Origin: an uncultured Acidobacteriaceae bacterium
Lineage (GTDB): Bacteria; Acidobacteriota; Terriglobia; Terriglobales; Acidobacteriaceae
DNA length: 64,000 nt
Direction of reading: 5' to 3'
NCBI GenBank assembly: GCA_963757575.1
Contig: CAVWSD010000002.1
Span: 255,069 to 319,068, forward strand
Below the pieces are notes generated by a model that searched no databases, was not told where the DNA came from, and was given only the letters and a program-made list of their open reading frames with translations. Each line of letters opens with the position of its first letter. The first letter of the stretch is position 1. Shown piece by piece: positions 29,934-39,200 of this stretch. A program made the translations under genes and the position numbers.

Positions 29934-30983
29934 ATGCGTGTGCTGTTGTTCCTTGCTGTCTTTTGCCTCGCACTGCCTGCTCCAGCGCAGGACACCGATC
30001 ATGACGGCCTGAGCGACGCTTTCGAAGCAGCACTTCTTCAGCAGTTCGCGCCTCGCTTCATAATCAGTAGCCACGACTGTTCCGGCGAGCCGGCATTGTT
30101 TGCGCCGGGAACATCTTCACCCGCGATCACCCGCGAGAATGGCACGGTCTACGGGCAGGCCTTCCCACGCAGCGCGAGTGGCCCGCAGCGCTCCTCCACG
30201 GAGATCGAACTGCACTACTACCACCTGTGGCGCACCGACTGCGGACGCATGGGACACCCGCTGGACGCGGAACATCTCTCTGTGCTGCTTCGCGGCTCGG
30301 GAACTAACGCGAAAGACTGGCATGCCGTCTACTGGTACGCCGCCGCGCATGAGGACACGGTCTGCGACGCAAGCCAGGTCAGCCGCGCATCGACTCTGGG
30401 CGCGGAAGAACACGGTGCCACCGTATGGATATCCCAGGGCAAGCATGCGTCGTTCCTCGATGAGGAGCTGTGCCGTCATGGTTGCGGCGGTGATCGCTGC
30501 ACGGATCCCGGAGCGATGCCGATCGCCGCGCTCATCAACCTGGGCGAACTGAAAGCGCCCATGAACAGTGCCGACTGGATCGCTTCTCCGCGCTGGCCTT
30601 TGGCTGAAAAAATGGAGCGCAGCGACTTCACCGCGGCGCGCACCGCACGTGTCAAAGGGCTTCCCGACACCGACATTGCGTGGGCCAATCCCGCACTGCG
30701 CCCTCAACAGGGCGCGATTGCCGGCGGCAATGCAGCCATTGACGGAACCCTCACCGGCGGCAGTGCCAGCGCGGACGCGCTCGTGCTCAGCAACCGGCGC
30801 ACCGACACGGCACTGGTGCTCGCCGGAAACCGCACCGGCGACGCCGTCTCCGGAACAGAACGAAGCACCAGCAGCGCCCTTGGAAAAAGCTATCGCAACG
30901 TGCGCAAGGCACTGAAAAGCGCGGCAAAGCGGACCGGCGAGGCGCTCGGCGGCAACCCAAGCCATGCGCCGCCTCCGCAATAA
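29934..30983 (+). CDS. secreted hypothetical protein (possible Vps62/NLP-like fold)
   Basis: Signal peptide MRVLLFLAVFCLALPAPAQ; DTDHDGLSD calcium-motif-like start; FAPRFIISSHDCSGEP and YYHLWRTDCGRMGHPLDAEHLSVLL. Confidence 0.7.
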   Translation: MRVLLFLAVFCLALPAPAQDTDHDGLSDAFEAALLQQFAPRFIISSHDCSGEPALFAPGTSSPAITRENGTVYGQAFPRSASGPQRSSTEIELHYYHLWRTDCGRMGHPLDAEHLSVLLRGSGTNAKDWHAVYWYAAAHEDTVCDASQVSRASTLGAEEHGATVWISQGKHASFLDEELCRHGCGGDRCTDPGAMPIAALINLGELKAPMNSADWIASPRWPLAEKMERSDFTAARTARVKGLPDTDIAWANPALRPQQGAIAGGNAAIDGTLTGGSASADALVLSNRRTDTALVLAGNRTGDAVSGTERSTSSALGKSYRNVRKALKSAAKRTGEALGGNPSHAPPPQ

Positions 30984-31044
30984 GCATCTTTGATGTTTCT
31001 GAGCACCGCGCAGCTTCCAGTTCCTGCCGGAGGAAACACGCGCC

Positions 31045-31491
31045 TTAGCTTGTTCGGGCCAGAGAGCTCCGCCGGACCAACTCGGGCCGGGGGAACGTCC
31101 GCATGCGGCTTTGCGGCCGCTCATCGAGCATTGATCTCACCCTGGCCACCAGCTTCTCCGGGTCCAGCGACAGGTTGAAAATCTCGTCGGCAACTTCGCT
31201 CATCTCGTAATCGCCTTCCCCGATGTATTCGTCGGAGACGATCAGCAGTGTACGGAGTGCGGCTCGATGGGTCTTGGCGACCATCCCCGCCAGTACGCAT
31301 TCCGTGTGGGAGAGGCTGTGACACAGCACGATCAGGTCTGTAGGAAGTTCGCGGATCAGCCGCGGAATCTCCCGCACATCCATGGTCATGGCTGACTTAA
31401 ATCCGGCACCTTCGAGGATGCGGCCCCGCGTCATCAGCAACAGTTCATCGTGGCCGTATAGAAGTATCGTGTGGACGCTGGGCACGGGCAT
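31045..31491 (-). CDS. receiver-like single-domain protein lacking the phospho-acceptor Asp
   Basis: REC-like pattern TILLYGHDELL ... DLIVLCHSLS ... LLIVSDEY ... LSLDPEKLVARV. Cys sits at the Asp57-equivalent position and there is no conserved Lys. Confidence 0.65.
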   Translation of the reverse strand: MPVPSVHTILLYGHDELLLMTRGRILEGAGFKSAMTMDVREIPRLIRELPTDLIVLCHSLSHTECVLAGMVAKTHRAALRTLLIVSDEYIGEGDYEMSEVADEIFNLSLDPEKLVARVRSMLDERPQSRMRTFPRPELVRRSSLARTS

Positions 31492-31749
31492 CTCCGCGAG
31501 TTATGGATACGAACCCCAAGTATGGGCGCGATGCCCGTTCGCTTCTGTCCGCCAGTGGACATAGCGGCAAACCGAGCAAGAGATGGTGCCACAGATGCGA
31601 TGTCTTGTCTGCCTGTTGCGAGGCAGATATGCGCCACGCTATCGGCATATAGTCCCGCACAGCAGGACTTCTCCAATCTTCTTCTCTCAGAGGCGCGATG
31701 TCAGACAGGGTGCGCTGGTCCTCTGCGATTCGCGGAGCACAGGACGGGC

Positions 31750-32466
31750 ATGTCGACATCAACTGGTAATCGGCTACTCGATGCAATCTCATCTGGCTCG
31801 CGGGAGCACATTCTCGCTGCTGCGAAGCACGGGGCACTTCCTGTGCGCACGCAGCTTTACTGGCCGGATGAGATGCCGAACTACTGCTATTTCCTGACCG
31901 GGGGCATCGCCTCGGTCGTGGCCGGCCTGGATAACGGCGCATCCACCGAAGTCGGCCTCATCGGAAATGAAGGCGTGGTCGGGGCATTCCACGTCATCGG
32001 ACCTATCGCTCCGGTCAACGAATGCTTCATGCAGGTGAAGGGCGCAGGCTACCGCCTTCCGCTCTCCGCGCTGCGCGAAAGCTTCCGGAAGTATGAGGAG
32101 GTGCGCGATCGAATTCTGGAACTAGTGCAGGCGCAAAGCCTCGTACTCAGTCAGGTAGCCGCCTGCAACAAGCTCCACGAAGCCGAGCCGCGGCTCGCGC
32201 GCTGGCTGATGATGATCCGCGATCGAGTCGAAGGCGACACCATCGAAATCACCCAGGAGTTCGTCGGCCAGATGATCGGCACCCGCCGCACCACCGTCAA
32301 TGGGATCCTGAGCACGATGGAGCGCAAGGGCCTGCTGCGCCACCAGCGCGGCAAGATCACCATCTCCGATCGTCAGAGTCTCGAGAAGGCCGCATGCGAC
32401 TGCTACCCTCTCCTGAGCAGATCGCTTCACCGCCTCTATAAATCGCATCGCTCGCCGCCCAAATAG
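31750..32466 (+). CDS. Crp/Fnr-family transcriptional regulator
   Basis: ORF 31471..32466; ATG 31750 gives MSTSTGNRLLDAIS... cNMP-binding-like barrel plus C-terminal HTH TQEFVGQMIGTRRTTVNGILSTMERKGLL. Confidence 0.8.
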   Translation: MSTSTGNRLLDAISSGSREHILAAAKHGALPVRTQLYWPDEMPNYCYFLTGGIASVVAGLDNGASTEVGLIGNEGVVGAFHVIGPIAPVNECFMQVKGAGYRLPLSALRESFRKYEEVRDRILELVQAQSLVLSQVAACNKLHEAEPRLARWLMMIRDRVEGDTIEITQEFVGQMIGTRRTTVNGILSTMERKGLLRHQRGKITISDRQSLEKAACDCYPLLSRSLHRLYKSHRSPPK

Positions 32467-32593
32467 CGTCTCCGCCAGCATAAAAAACTCCATCAATCAT
32501 CATCCGCACCGAAGTGGAGAGATCCGCTTTTTGTCGGTACTATCACCAGATGGGTTGAATCCTGGCAGTGCGAAGGATGGAGTAGCGACAGCC

Positions 32594-33133
32594 ATGGAAC
32601 AAAATCTCCAGCACACCATCGCACTCCTCAACCGCACCCCGGCCGTCCTCAACGCGCTTCTGCGCGACATGCCTGAAGAGTGGACGCATCGCAACGAGGG
32701 CGAAACTACCTGGAGCCCCCGCGACATCGTCAGCCATCTTATCCATGCGGAACGCACCGACTGGATACCGCGCGCGAAAACGATTCTGCAGTTCGGCGAG
32801 AGCAAGCCATTCGAGCCCTTCGATCGCGAAGGATTCGCGCGCGAGGGGCACAACAAATCGCTGTCGCAGCTATTGGACGAGTTCGCCCATCTGCGGTCAG
32901 AAAATATGGACCAACTGCGCGCGTTGAAGCTGCAGCGGAAAGATCTCGATAAACGAGGACGCCATCCCGCGCTCGGCGTCGTCACACTGTGGCAGCTACT
33001 GGCAACCTGGGCCGCCCACGACCTGACCCACCTACACCAAATCTCCAGAGTGATGGCCCACCAATACCGCGAAGCAGTCGGTCCCTGGAGCAAGTTCCTG
33101 GGCGTGCTGCAATGCGACGGACACAGCTCTTAG
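32594..33133 (+). CDS. DinB-family protein
   Basis: ORF 32531..33133; ATG 32594 gives MEQNLQHTIALLNRTPAVLNALL. Four-helix DinB pattern with IVSHLIHAE and AAHDLTHLHQI His residues. Confidence 0.75.
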   Translation: MEQNLQHTIALLNRTPAVLNALLRDMPEEWTHRNEGETTWSPRDIVSHLIHAERTDWIPRAKTILQFGESKPFEPFDREGFAREGHNKSLSQLLDEFAHLRSENMDQLRALKLQRKDLDKRGRHPALGVVTLWQLLATWAAHDLTHLHQISRVMAHQYREAVGPWSKFLGVLQCDGHSS

Positions 33134-33421
33134 AGAACTATCGAATGCGGGTGCCCACATCTGCCTTTGAGATGAGGCCTACAATCCAGTCGCGAAGCAA
33201 TCGACCCATCGCGAAGCAATCGGCGTCGAATGGATTTGCGAGCCGAAACGACCGCAACGTTCAACTATCGCCCTTCTGTACTCGCGCCGGCTCAACGTCC
33301 GATCGAAAATCCTCGTCAAACACTCGAATAGCATCCTCGATCGTAGCGAAGGCCCCCGCTCCTCAGGTGTCATCTCTATAAGCAGCTCAATGGAATACTT
33401 ATCGAGGCTGAGGAGCAAATC

Positions 33422-34909
33422 CTAAGGAGCTCCGCTCAAGCCAAGCCATTTCGCCGAATCACTTCCTTGTAATAAGCTCGAGCTCAACTTAGGCGTCCGC
33501 TTCTGTGTCTGAAAATCTACATAAGTAATTCCAAATCGTTTCAAATACCCATCCGCCCACTCGTAGTTATCCAGCAAACTCCATAGGAAATATCCCTTCA
33601 CCGGCACGCCCTCACTCACCGCGCGATGCAGCTGCGTCATGTAATTCCGCAGATACATGATCCGGTCAGAGTCATACACGTGCCCATCCGGCGTCAGCAC
33701 ATCCGCCGACGAGCACCCGTTTTCCGTGATGTACAGCTCCTTCACGTTCCAGATCTTCGCCGTGATCTTAGGCGCCCAGTACAGCGCTTCCGGCGCTACG
33801 AATAGCCAATCGCTGTACATGTGCGGAGACGACGCCGGCCTCTTCACCATTGCGTACCCCACCGGTGACGATTCATCCGCCCGCACAAAATCGCCGGTGT
33901 AGACATTCAACCCCAGAAAATCCAGCGGGCTGCCAATCGTCTTCAATTCCTCAGCAGTGAACTTCGGCGCATCCGCCCCTAGCTTCTTCAGATACGCATC
34001 CGTGTACTTGCCCTCGAAGATGACGTTGGCGAACATCGCATTCTCTTCGCGCATCGCGCGCTCCGCAGCCGCTATGTGCTCCGCCGTCTCGATCACCGGC
34101 GTCGCCACCTGCGGATTGTCCGCAAAGCCCACCTTCGTCCCCGGCTTCGCATGCGCGCGGATCGCCTCCACCGCCAGCCCATGCCCCAGCACTGCATAGT
34201 GCGCCACCTGCGCCACGCCCTTTCGATCCAGCTTCAATCCCGGCGCATGCCTCCCGCTCTCATACCCCAGATTCACAAAAGTGCTCAGCTCATTCACCGT
34301 CATAAAGTTCTTCACGCGGTCCGACAAGTGCTCCGCCACCACCGCCGCATAATCCGCAAAGGCCTTCGCGGTATCGCGGTTCTGCCAGCCGCCCTTGTCC
34401 TGGAGCGCTTGCGGCAGGTCCCAGTGGTACAGCGTGCAGTACGGCGCAATCTTCGCCTCGAGCAGCGTGTCCAGCATGCGATCGTAAAAATCGAAGCCCT
34501 TCGGATTCTGCGCGCCTGTCCCCTCAGGAAAAATCCGCGGCCATGCAATCGAGAAGCGATACGTCTTCAGGCCAAGGTTGGTCATCAGCCCGATATCTTC
34601 CTTGTAGCGGTGATAATGGTCGTCCGCCACGTCGCCCGTTTCGCCGTTGTGCGTCTTGCCCGAAGTATGCGAAAAGGTGTCCCAGATCGACGGCCCACGC
34701 CCATCCTCGTGCACCGCGCCCTCCACCTGGTACGACGCCGTTGCCGATCCCCAGAGAAATCCTTCAGGAAATTTGCGCGGCGCGCTGGTGATCTCCGGCT
34801 CACTGCCGCTCTGCGACTGAGCCAGAGCTGCACTGCCTGGAAGCGCCGCCGCCCCCGCCGCCACGCCCAGCAACTTGCCGAAGTTCCGCCTCGATATGCG
34901 TTGTGTCAT
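33422..34909 (-). CDS. GH1 beta-glucosidase, Tat-exported
   Basis: MTQRISRRNFGKLLGVAAGAAALPGSAALA; FLWGSATASYQVEGA, TVNEL (acid/base region), YITENG (nucleophile). Confidence 0.9.
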   Translation of the reverse strand: MTQRISRRNFGKLLGVAAGAAALPGSAALAQSQSGSEPEITSAPRKFPEGFLWGSATASYQVEGAVHEDGRGPSIWDTFSHTSGKTHNGETGDVADDHYHRYKEDIGLMTNLGLKTYRFSIAWPRIFPEGTGAQNPKGFDFYDRMLDTLLEAKIAPYCTLYHWDLPQALQDKGGWQNRDTAKAFADYAAVVAEHLSDRVKNFMTVNELSTFVNLGYESGRHAPGLKLDRKGVAQVAHYAVLGHGLAVEAIRAHAKPGTKVGFADNPQVATPVIETAEHIAAAERAMREENAMFANVIFEGKYTDAYLKKLGADAPKFTAEELKTIGSPLDFLGLNVYTGDFVRADESSPVGYAMVKRPASSPHMYSDWLFVAPEALYWAPKITAKIWNVKELYITENGCSSADVLTPDGHVYDSDRIMYLRNYMTQLHRAVSEGVPVKGYFLWSLLDNYEWADGYLKRFGITYVDFQTQKRTPKLSSSLLQGSDSAKWLGLSGAP

Positions 34910-35060
34910 CTCGTTCTGACTCTCCCGTGTCTTTCTCCAGCCCGATCGCCGCGTCCATCAAGGTATCACCGGAAGCCTATAGCACGAATCGTTATTCTGA
35001 CGCTCACCACCGGGCCGGTCTCAACCGCAATACCGCTTCGCGTCGATTCGGCGCTTGCGC

Positions 35061-35093
35061 AAAAAAAAGAGACCCGCACAACGCGGATCTCTT
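35061..35093 (-). terminator. rho-independent terminator of 35123..35485
   Basis: On the minus strand, hairpin aagagatccgc/gcgggtctctt (one mismatch, loop of 5) followed by T8 (plus-strand A-run 35061-68). Confidence 0.65.
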
Positions 35094-35122
35094 TCGTGTA
35101 CCTGACAACCATCAGTTCACCA

Positions 35123-35485
35123 TCAGTGACGATCGTCGCGATCGCGGCGTCCCTGGTAAATATTCTCTACACCCCTCTGATAGCCCCTCTGGAAGGCTTC
35201 GCGATACTCATGCCGCGCCCCATGCGGTACATCCGGGTGCCGGTACTCCTCGCGGTTGTTCACGTTGGGCTGGCGATGGTTCTCGAAATCCTTTCGCGCG
35301 CCCTCGATCCCGTCGTGATAGCCCCGCCGCGCCATGTCGCTCCGATAGTCATCTGGAACCCGCGTCCACGGCTGGTTGTAGTATCCCGGGGGCGGCGGTC
35401 CCTCCTGGGCCTTCGCTCCGGACACGCCAAATGTGGTTATTCCCAAACCGATGAGTAATGCCATCGTTGCTAATCGTGCTCGCAT
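35123..35485 (-). CDS. small secreted protein, unknown function
   Basis: Signal peptide MRARLATMALLIGLGITTFGVSGAKAQ. Repeated YH/RG-rich segments (RRGYHDGIEGARKDF, REAFQRGYQRGVENIY). Confidence 0.7.
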   Translation of the reverse strand: MRARLATMALLIGLGITTFGVSGAKAQEGPPPPGYYNQPWTRVPDDYRSDMARRGYHDGIEGARKDFENHRQPNVNNREEYRHPDVPHGARHEYREAFQRGYQRGVENIYQGRRDRDDRH

Positions 35486-35824
35486 GTACCCTCCTTACCT
35501 TTCCTGTTGCATGCCCACGGTGTCACAACTCTCGTTGCAGTGGACTTCGATGAACTCGCGACGGGCTGCCGTTGCATCTGCAAAAAAACAGCGCCAGCCG
35601 CGCCCGAATGATCTGCACCATGGAAACCCTGGCTGGCCGCAAATGTAGCGTTCACGACCTTCGCGGTTCGGGTAAATCATTGCAATAAATGCGCAGATTC
35701 TTTCCTATCGCTCTGTCGAAAAGGGCGTTCTACCGGCTTTCCGGTACTTCAGGGATGCACCAGAGTGTCTCAGGCAACCTGTTGAAACTTGCGGTATGTG
35801 GATTGCTCCTGCCATCCTGATCCC

Positions 35825-36364
35825 ATGGCCATCCGTACGGTGTCTACTCGCGAGGTCTATCGCAACCACTGGCTCCGTGTCCGCGAAGACGCGATCGAGC
35901 GTGCCAACGGTACCCGGGGCATCTACGGCGTCATCGACAAGCACGACTGCGCCGCCATTCTTCCCATCGATGGTGATCACATCTGGCTGGTCGAGCAGTA
36001 CCGCTACCCCATCGGGGAGCGCGCGCTGGAGCTGCCGCAGGGCGGCTGGGAATCCGAGATCGACAGCCCGGAAGATCTCGCGCGCGGCGAACTGCGCGAG
36101 GAGACCGGCCTGGTCGCCGGCCGCATGATCGAGCTGCCCTGGATGTGGATTGCCTACGGCTTTGCCCGCCAGCGCCAGCACATCTTCGTGGCCGAAGAGC
36201 TTACCCCCGGCCCGCATGAGCGCGACTACGAAGAGGCAGATATGGAGATCGTTCGTCTTCCCATCAGCACCTTCGAAGAAAAAATTCGCACCGGCCAGAT
36301 TCGCGATGTCTGCACCATAGCCGCCTGGGGCAGTTATCAGCTCTGGCTGAAATCGAACCGCTAA
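35825..36364 (+). CDS. NUDIX hydrolase (ADP-ribose pyrophosphatase-like)
   Basis: ORF 35789..36364; ATG 35825. Nudix box GGWESEIDSPEDLARGELREETGL. Confidence 0.8.
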   Translation: MAIRTVSTREVYRNHWLRVREDAIERANGTRGIYGVIDKHDCAAILPIDGDHIWLVEQYRYPIGERALELPQGGWESEIDSPEDLARGELREETGLVAGRMIELPWMWIAYGFARQRQHIFVAEELTPGPHERDYEEADMEIVRLPISTFEEKIRTGQIRDVCTIAAWGSYQLWLKSNR

Positions 36365-36377
36365 CCGGAATGGGGTG

Positions 36378-36403
36378 CCCATCCTGAGCAAAGCGAAGGT
36401 GGG
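36378..36403. repeat. 'catcctgagc..gcgaagg' intergenic repeat motif, copy 1
   Basis: cccatcctgagcaaagcgaaggtggg; related copies at 53994..54023 and 54717..54744. Confidence 0.6.
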
Positions 36404-36535
36404 ACTACTCTCCAATGTCAGTCAGGGTGCACCACATCTGGCGTTTGACAGATGGGTCGAGAGAGAGTCACCACAAAAAAGGCGCCCGCCGACTCAGCAC
36501 ATCGGCAGGCACATATTCGCGCGACACACATCCGA

Positions 36536-37879
36536 TCAATCCAACCGCTGCACAATCGGACAGTTGATCGAGAACCCGGAACTTCCAAACGGCGCTCCGC
36601 CCGGCCCCGTGATCAAACCATCCTGCACAAACGTGAGGATCTGAAACTCCTCTCGCAGCTGCCCGCGGAATCCCCGGCTGATCGCATCCGGCGTCCACTC
36701 AAGAAGCTGCGCATCCCACGCCGGACTGTAATCAAGCGCAATGGTCGGAATGCCGCCAAGCACATTGTTTGGCCGGAACCCATCCGCAAGATCCGCCGAT
36801 AATCCCTGCCGCAGCGGATTGTCGCAGCTCTCGTTCTCCGGCCCGTTGGTCGCGATAAAGATGCGCTCAATTGGACTGGAAAAGCTGTCATCATGGCCCA
36901 GCACAAGGCTGCCCATCAGCGGCGCGTATGTGTTGTGTTCAATCGCCGCCGCCAGCGGAATGCTCGAATCCATCGACAGGTACCAGACCGGACGACCAAA
37001 GCTGAAGCCGTTGATCAGATTCACTGTCACGGTCATATTCGCCGGATCGATCGCCACCACCTGGTCATGCACCTTGGAGTAGTCCACGTTGCCGTTGGGA
37101 AAACTGATCTGGCTCGCATCCACTCCGAATGCGACCACTGGCGCGTTGTAGATTACATTCGCCGCATTCTCAATGCGCACAAATGGACTGTAGTTAGCAT
37201 TGCCCACCGAGCCGGGCGTAGCAGACTTCGGAGGGAACTCGACACCCGTCGGACCGGGCACGATGTTTCTGTTCGGCGCGAAGTTCACTGTCCCCTTATC
37301 GAAGACAATATTCCCATTCGCATCCAGGTTTCCCGTTCTTGCCGCATTCGAGGCGAAGGTCAGCTTTGCGGAATAATTCAGGCCAAGCTCTGCTGCCACT
37401 CCCTGGTCGTCCACGTCCGTCAGGATGTACCAGACATTTTTCTTTGTGCCCTTCAGCGTCCCTTTGTACAAGGGCAGCGTGATCGTTCCCTTTGCTGCAT
37501 CGACCGTGCCGGACTTCAGTAGCTGCACCGGTCCCACCAGGCTCGGGTTCGTCGTCGATGGCGACGGACCGAAGTAAGACAACGGCACAGTCGCGCCCAC
37601 GGAGGGCGGCGCAGGGAACAGGTCACAGCCAGGTCCCGGACCGATCGGCCCTGGCCCCGGCCCTTGCTCTGAGTTGAAGCTGGTCGAAACGGCTGTCGAT
37701 ACTGCCGCGTTCTCCACATTCGTTGATGGCACAGCCAGCTCCCGCTTTGCGCGAAGGTGAACTGTCATAGCATCTGATGAGATAGGCGGTTTCGCTGCAA
37801 TCTGAGCGGTCCCTGTGAGAGGTGACATCGCGCTAACACCAGCAATGAGCGTTAGCAGGCCTCGTGTGATTTTGATCAT
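36536..37879 (-). CDS. secreted hypothetical protein
   Basis: ORF 36536..37966; ATG 37879 after GGAGAG gives the signal peptide MIKITRGLLTLIAGVSAMSPLTGTAQ. GPGPGPIGPGPG linker. No family recognised. Confidence 0.7.
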   Translation of the reverse strand: MIKITRGLLTLIAGVSAMSPLTGTAQIAAKPPISSDAMTVHLRAKRELAVPSTNVENAAVSTAVSTSFNSEQGPGPGPIGPGPGCDLFPAPPSVGATVPLSYFGPSPSTTNPSLVGPVQLLKSGTVDAAKGTITLPLYKGTLKGTKKNVWYILTDVDDQGVAAELGLNYSAKLTFASNAARTGNLDANGNIVFDKGTVNFAPNRNIVPGPTGVEFPPKSATPGSVGNANYSPFVRIENAANVIYNAPVVAFGVDASQISFPNGNVDYSKVHDQVVAIDPANMTVTVNLINGFSFGRPVWYLSMDSSIPLAAAIEHNTYAPLMGSLVLGHDDSFSSPIERIFIATNGPENESCDNPLRQGLSADLADGFRPNNVLGGIPTIALDYSPAWDAQLLEWTPDAISRGFRGQLREEFQILTFVQDGLITGPGGAPFGSSGFSINCPIVQRLD

Positions 37880-38191
37880 TTGCTGCTCTCCAATCCTCAA
37901 GTGTGCGCGCGCACCACGGCGCGGTCGCGACATCGCAGTCACGCGCTCGCCATGTTTTTCGAGCACAGCTACGAATTGAGAGTCCCCGTTGCGGTGGAGG
38001 TTACAGACACAATTACAGAGCGAAAGAAATTACAATTCGACACTTCAATCGAGCATTCACCAGCCGCATGGTCGCGACAATGCAGTAGACCGGAGTAGAT
38101 GATGGTGCCCCATAATCTACCAGTGTGTGTTCGTCCCAGGTTGTCGCGATCCCTGCACCAACGCTCCCGGAAGGTGCATAATGTCCAGTCA

Positions 38192-39172
38192 ATGACTTTC
38201 AGTCCGGCCACAAGTGGATCACGCACAAGGCGCATATGCCTCCTCTGCATTCTCTTTGTTCTTACTACAGTTACAATTGCACTCGCCGAACAGCCTCTCA
38301 AAGTCACCGCATGCCAGCTCAAGAAAGATCCCCCCACCTACAACCACAAGCTGGTCGAGATCACCGGCTTCGTCGTCCACGCCTCGCATAACTTCACCAT
38401 CTACGATCCCGATTGCCCCTCCTGGCCGGCTATCTGGCTTGAATACGGCGGCACTATCAACTCCGGCACGGTGAACTGCTGCAAGACCCTGGCCGACCGC
38501 CATCGCGCGCAGGAGTTGATCGTCGATGGCATTTCGGTCCCGCTCACGGTCAATCCGCAGTTCGAAGCCTTCGACAAGGCCATCCAGCCGCCCCTCCGCC
38601 CGGGCCAGTCCGGCGCCGTCGAACACGCAACACTGGTAGGCACGTTCTTTGCCGGGCAACAGATGCAGGACCCCGACAACGGACACTACTGGGGCGGCTA
38701 CGGGTACATGGGCTGCTGCAGCATGCTGGCCATCCAGGAGGTCAAAGATCCCGATCCGGAGTGGCATCCTGATCTGGACTACGGCGAGTCGAACGAGAAG
38801 CTCGACTTCCTCCAGCCCGGATGCAACCTGCGGCCGCTGCTTCCCGCGGAGCAGGATGCAGCGCTGATCGAAGCACAACACGCAGCGGACAGCGGAACAC
38901 GCGACTGGGCTTTCACCGATCCTGCGCGCGTTGCCTCCGACGCCCTCGCGCGCACCACCCATCTCAGCCACGATCGACTGGCAGAGATCAAGCTCACGCA
39001 CGACGCACCGGAGCGCAAAACGTACGAATGGAAATCCGCAGGGAATGCCAAGTCCTACATGGCCGTCGTCAGCCGCCCCTACTGGCTCTCCTTCTATGCC
39101 CATGACCCGAAGCGCGTCGCCTGGGCGGCGGTTATCGCCTACGAAGTCTCCTGCACCGGCGAAACGGACTAA
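38192..39172 (+). CDS. exported/anchored hypothetical protein, Cys-rich
   Basis: ORF 38099..39172; ATG 38192 gives MTFSPATSGSRTRRICLLCILFVLTTVTIALA. No family recognised. Confidence 0.65.
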   Translation: MTFSPATSGSRTRRICLLCILFVLTTVTIALAEQPLKVTACQLKKDPPTYNHKLVEITGFVVHASHNFTIYDPDCPSWPAIWLEYGGTINSGTVNCCKTLADRHRAQELIVDGISVPLTVNPQFEAFDKAIQPPLRPGQSGAVEHATLVGTFFAGQQMQDPDNGHYWGGYGYMGCCSMLAIQEVKDPDPEWHPDLDYGESNEKLDFLQPGCNLRPLLPAEQDAALIEAQHAADSGTRDWAFTDPARVASDALARTTHLSHDRLAEIKLTHDAPERKTYEWKSAGNAKSYMAVVSRPYWLSFYAHDPKRVAWAAVIAYEVSCTGETD

Positions 39173-39200
39173 CGCATATCAGCGCGTCCAACCAAGGCCT

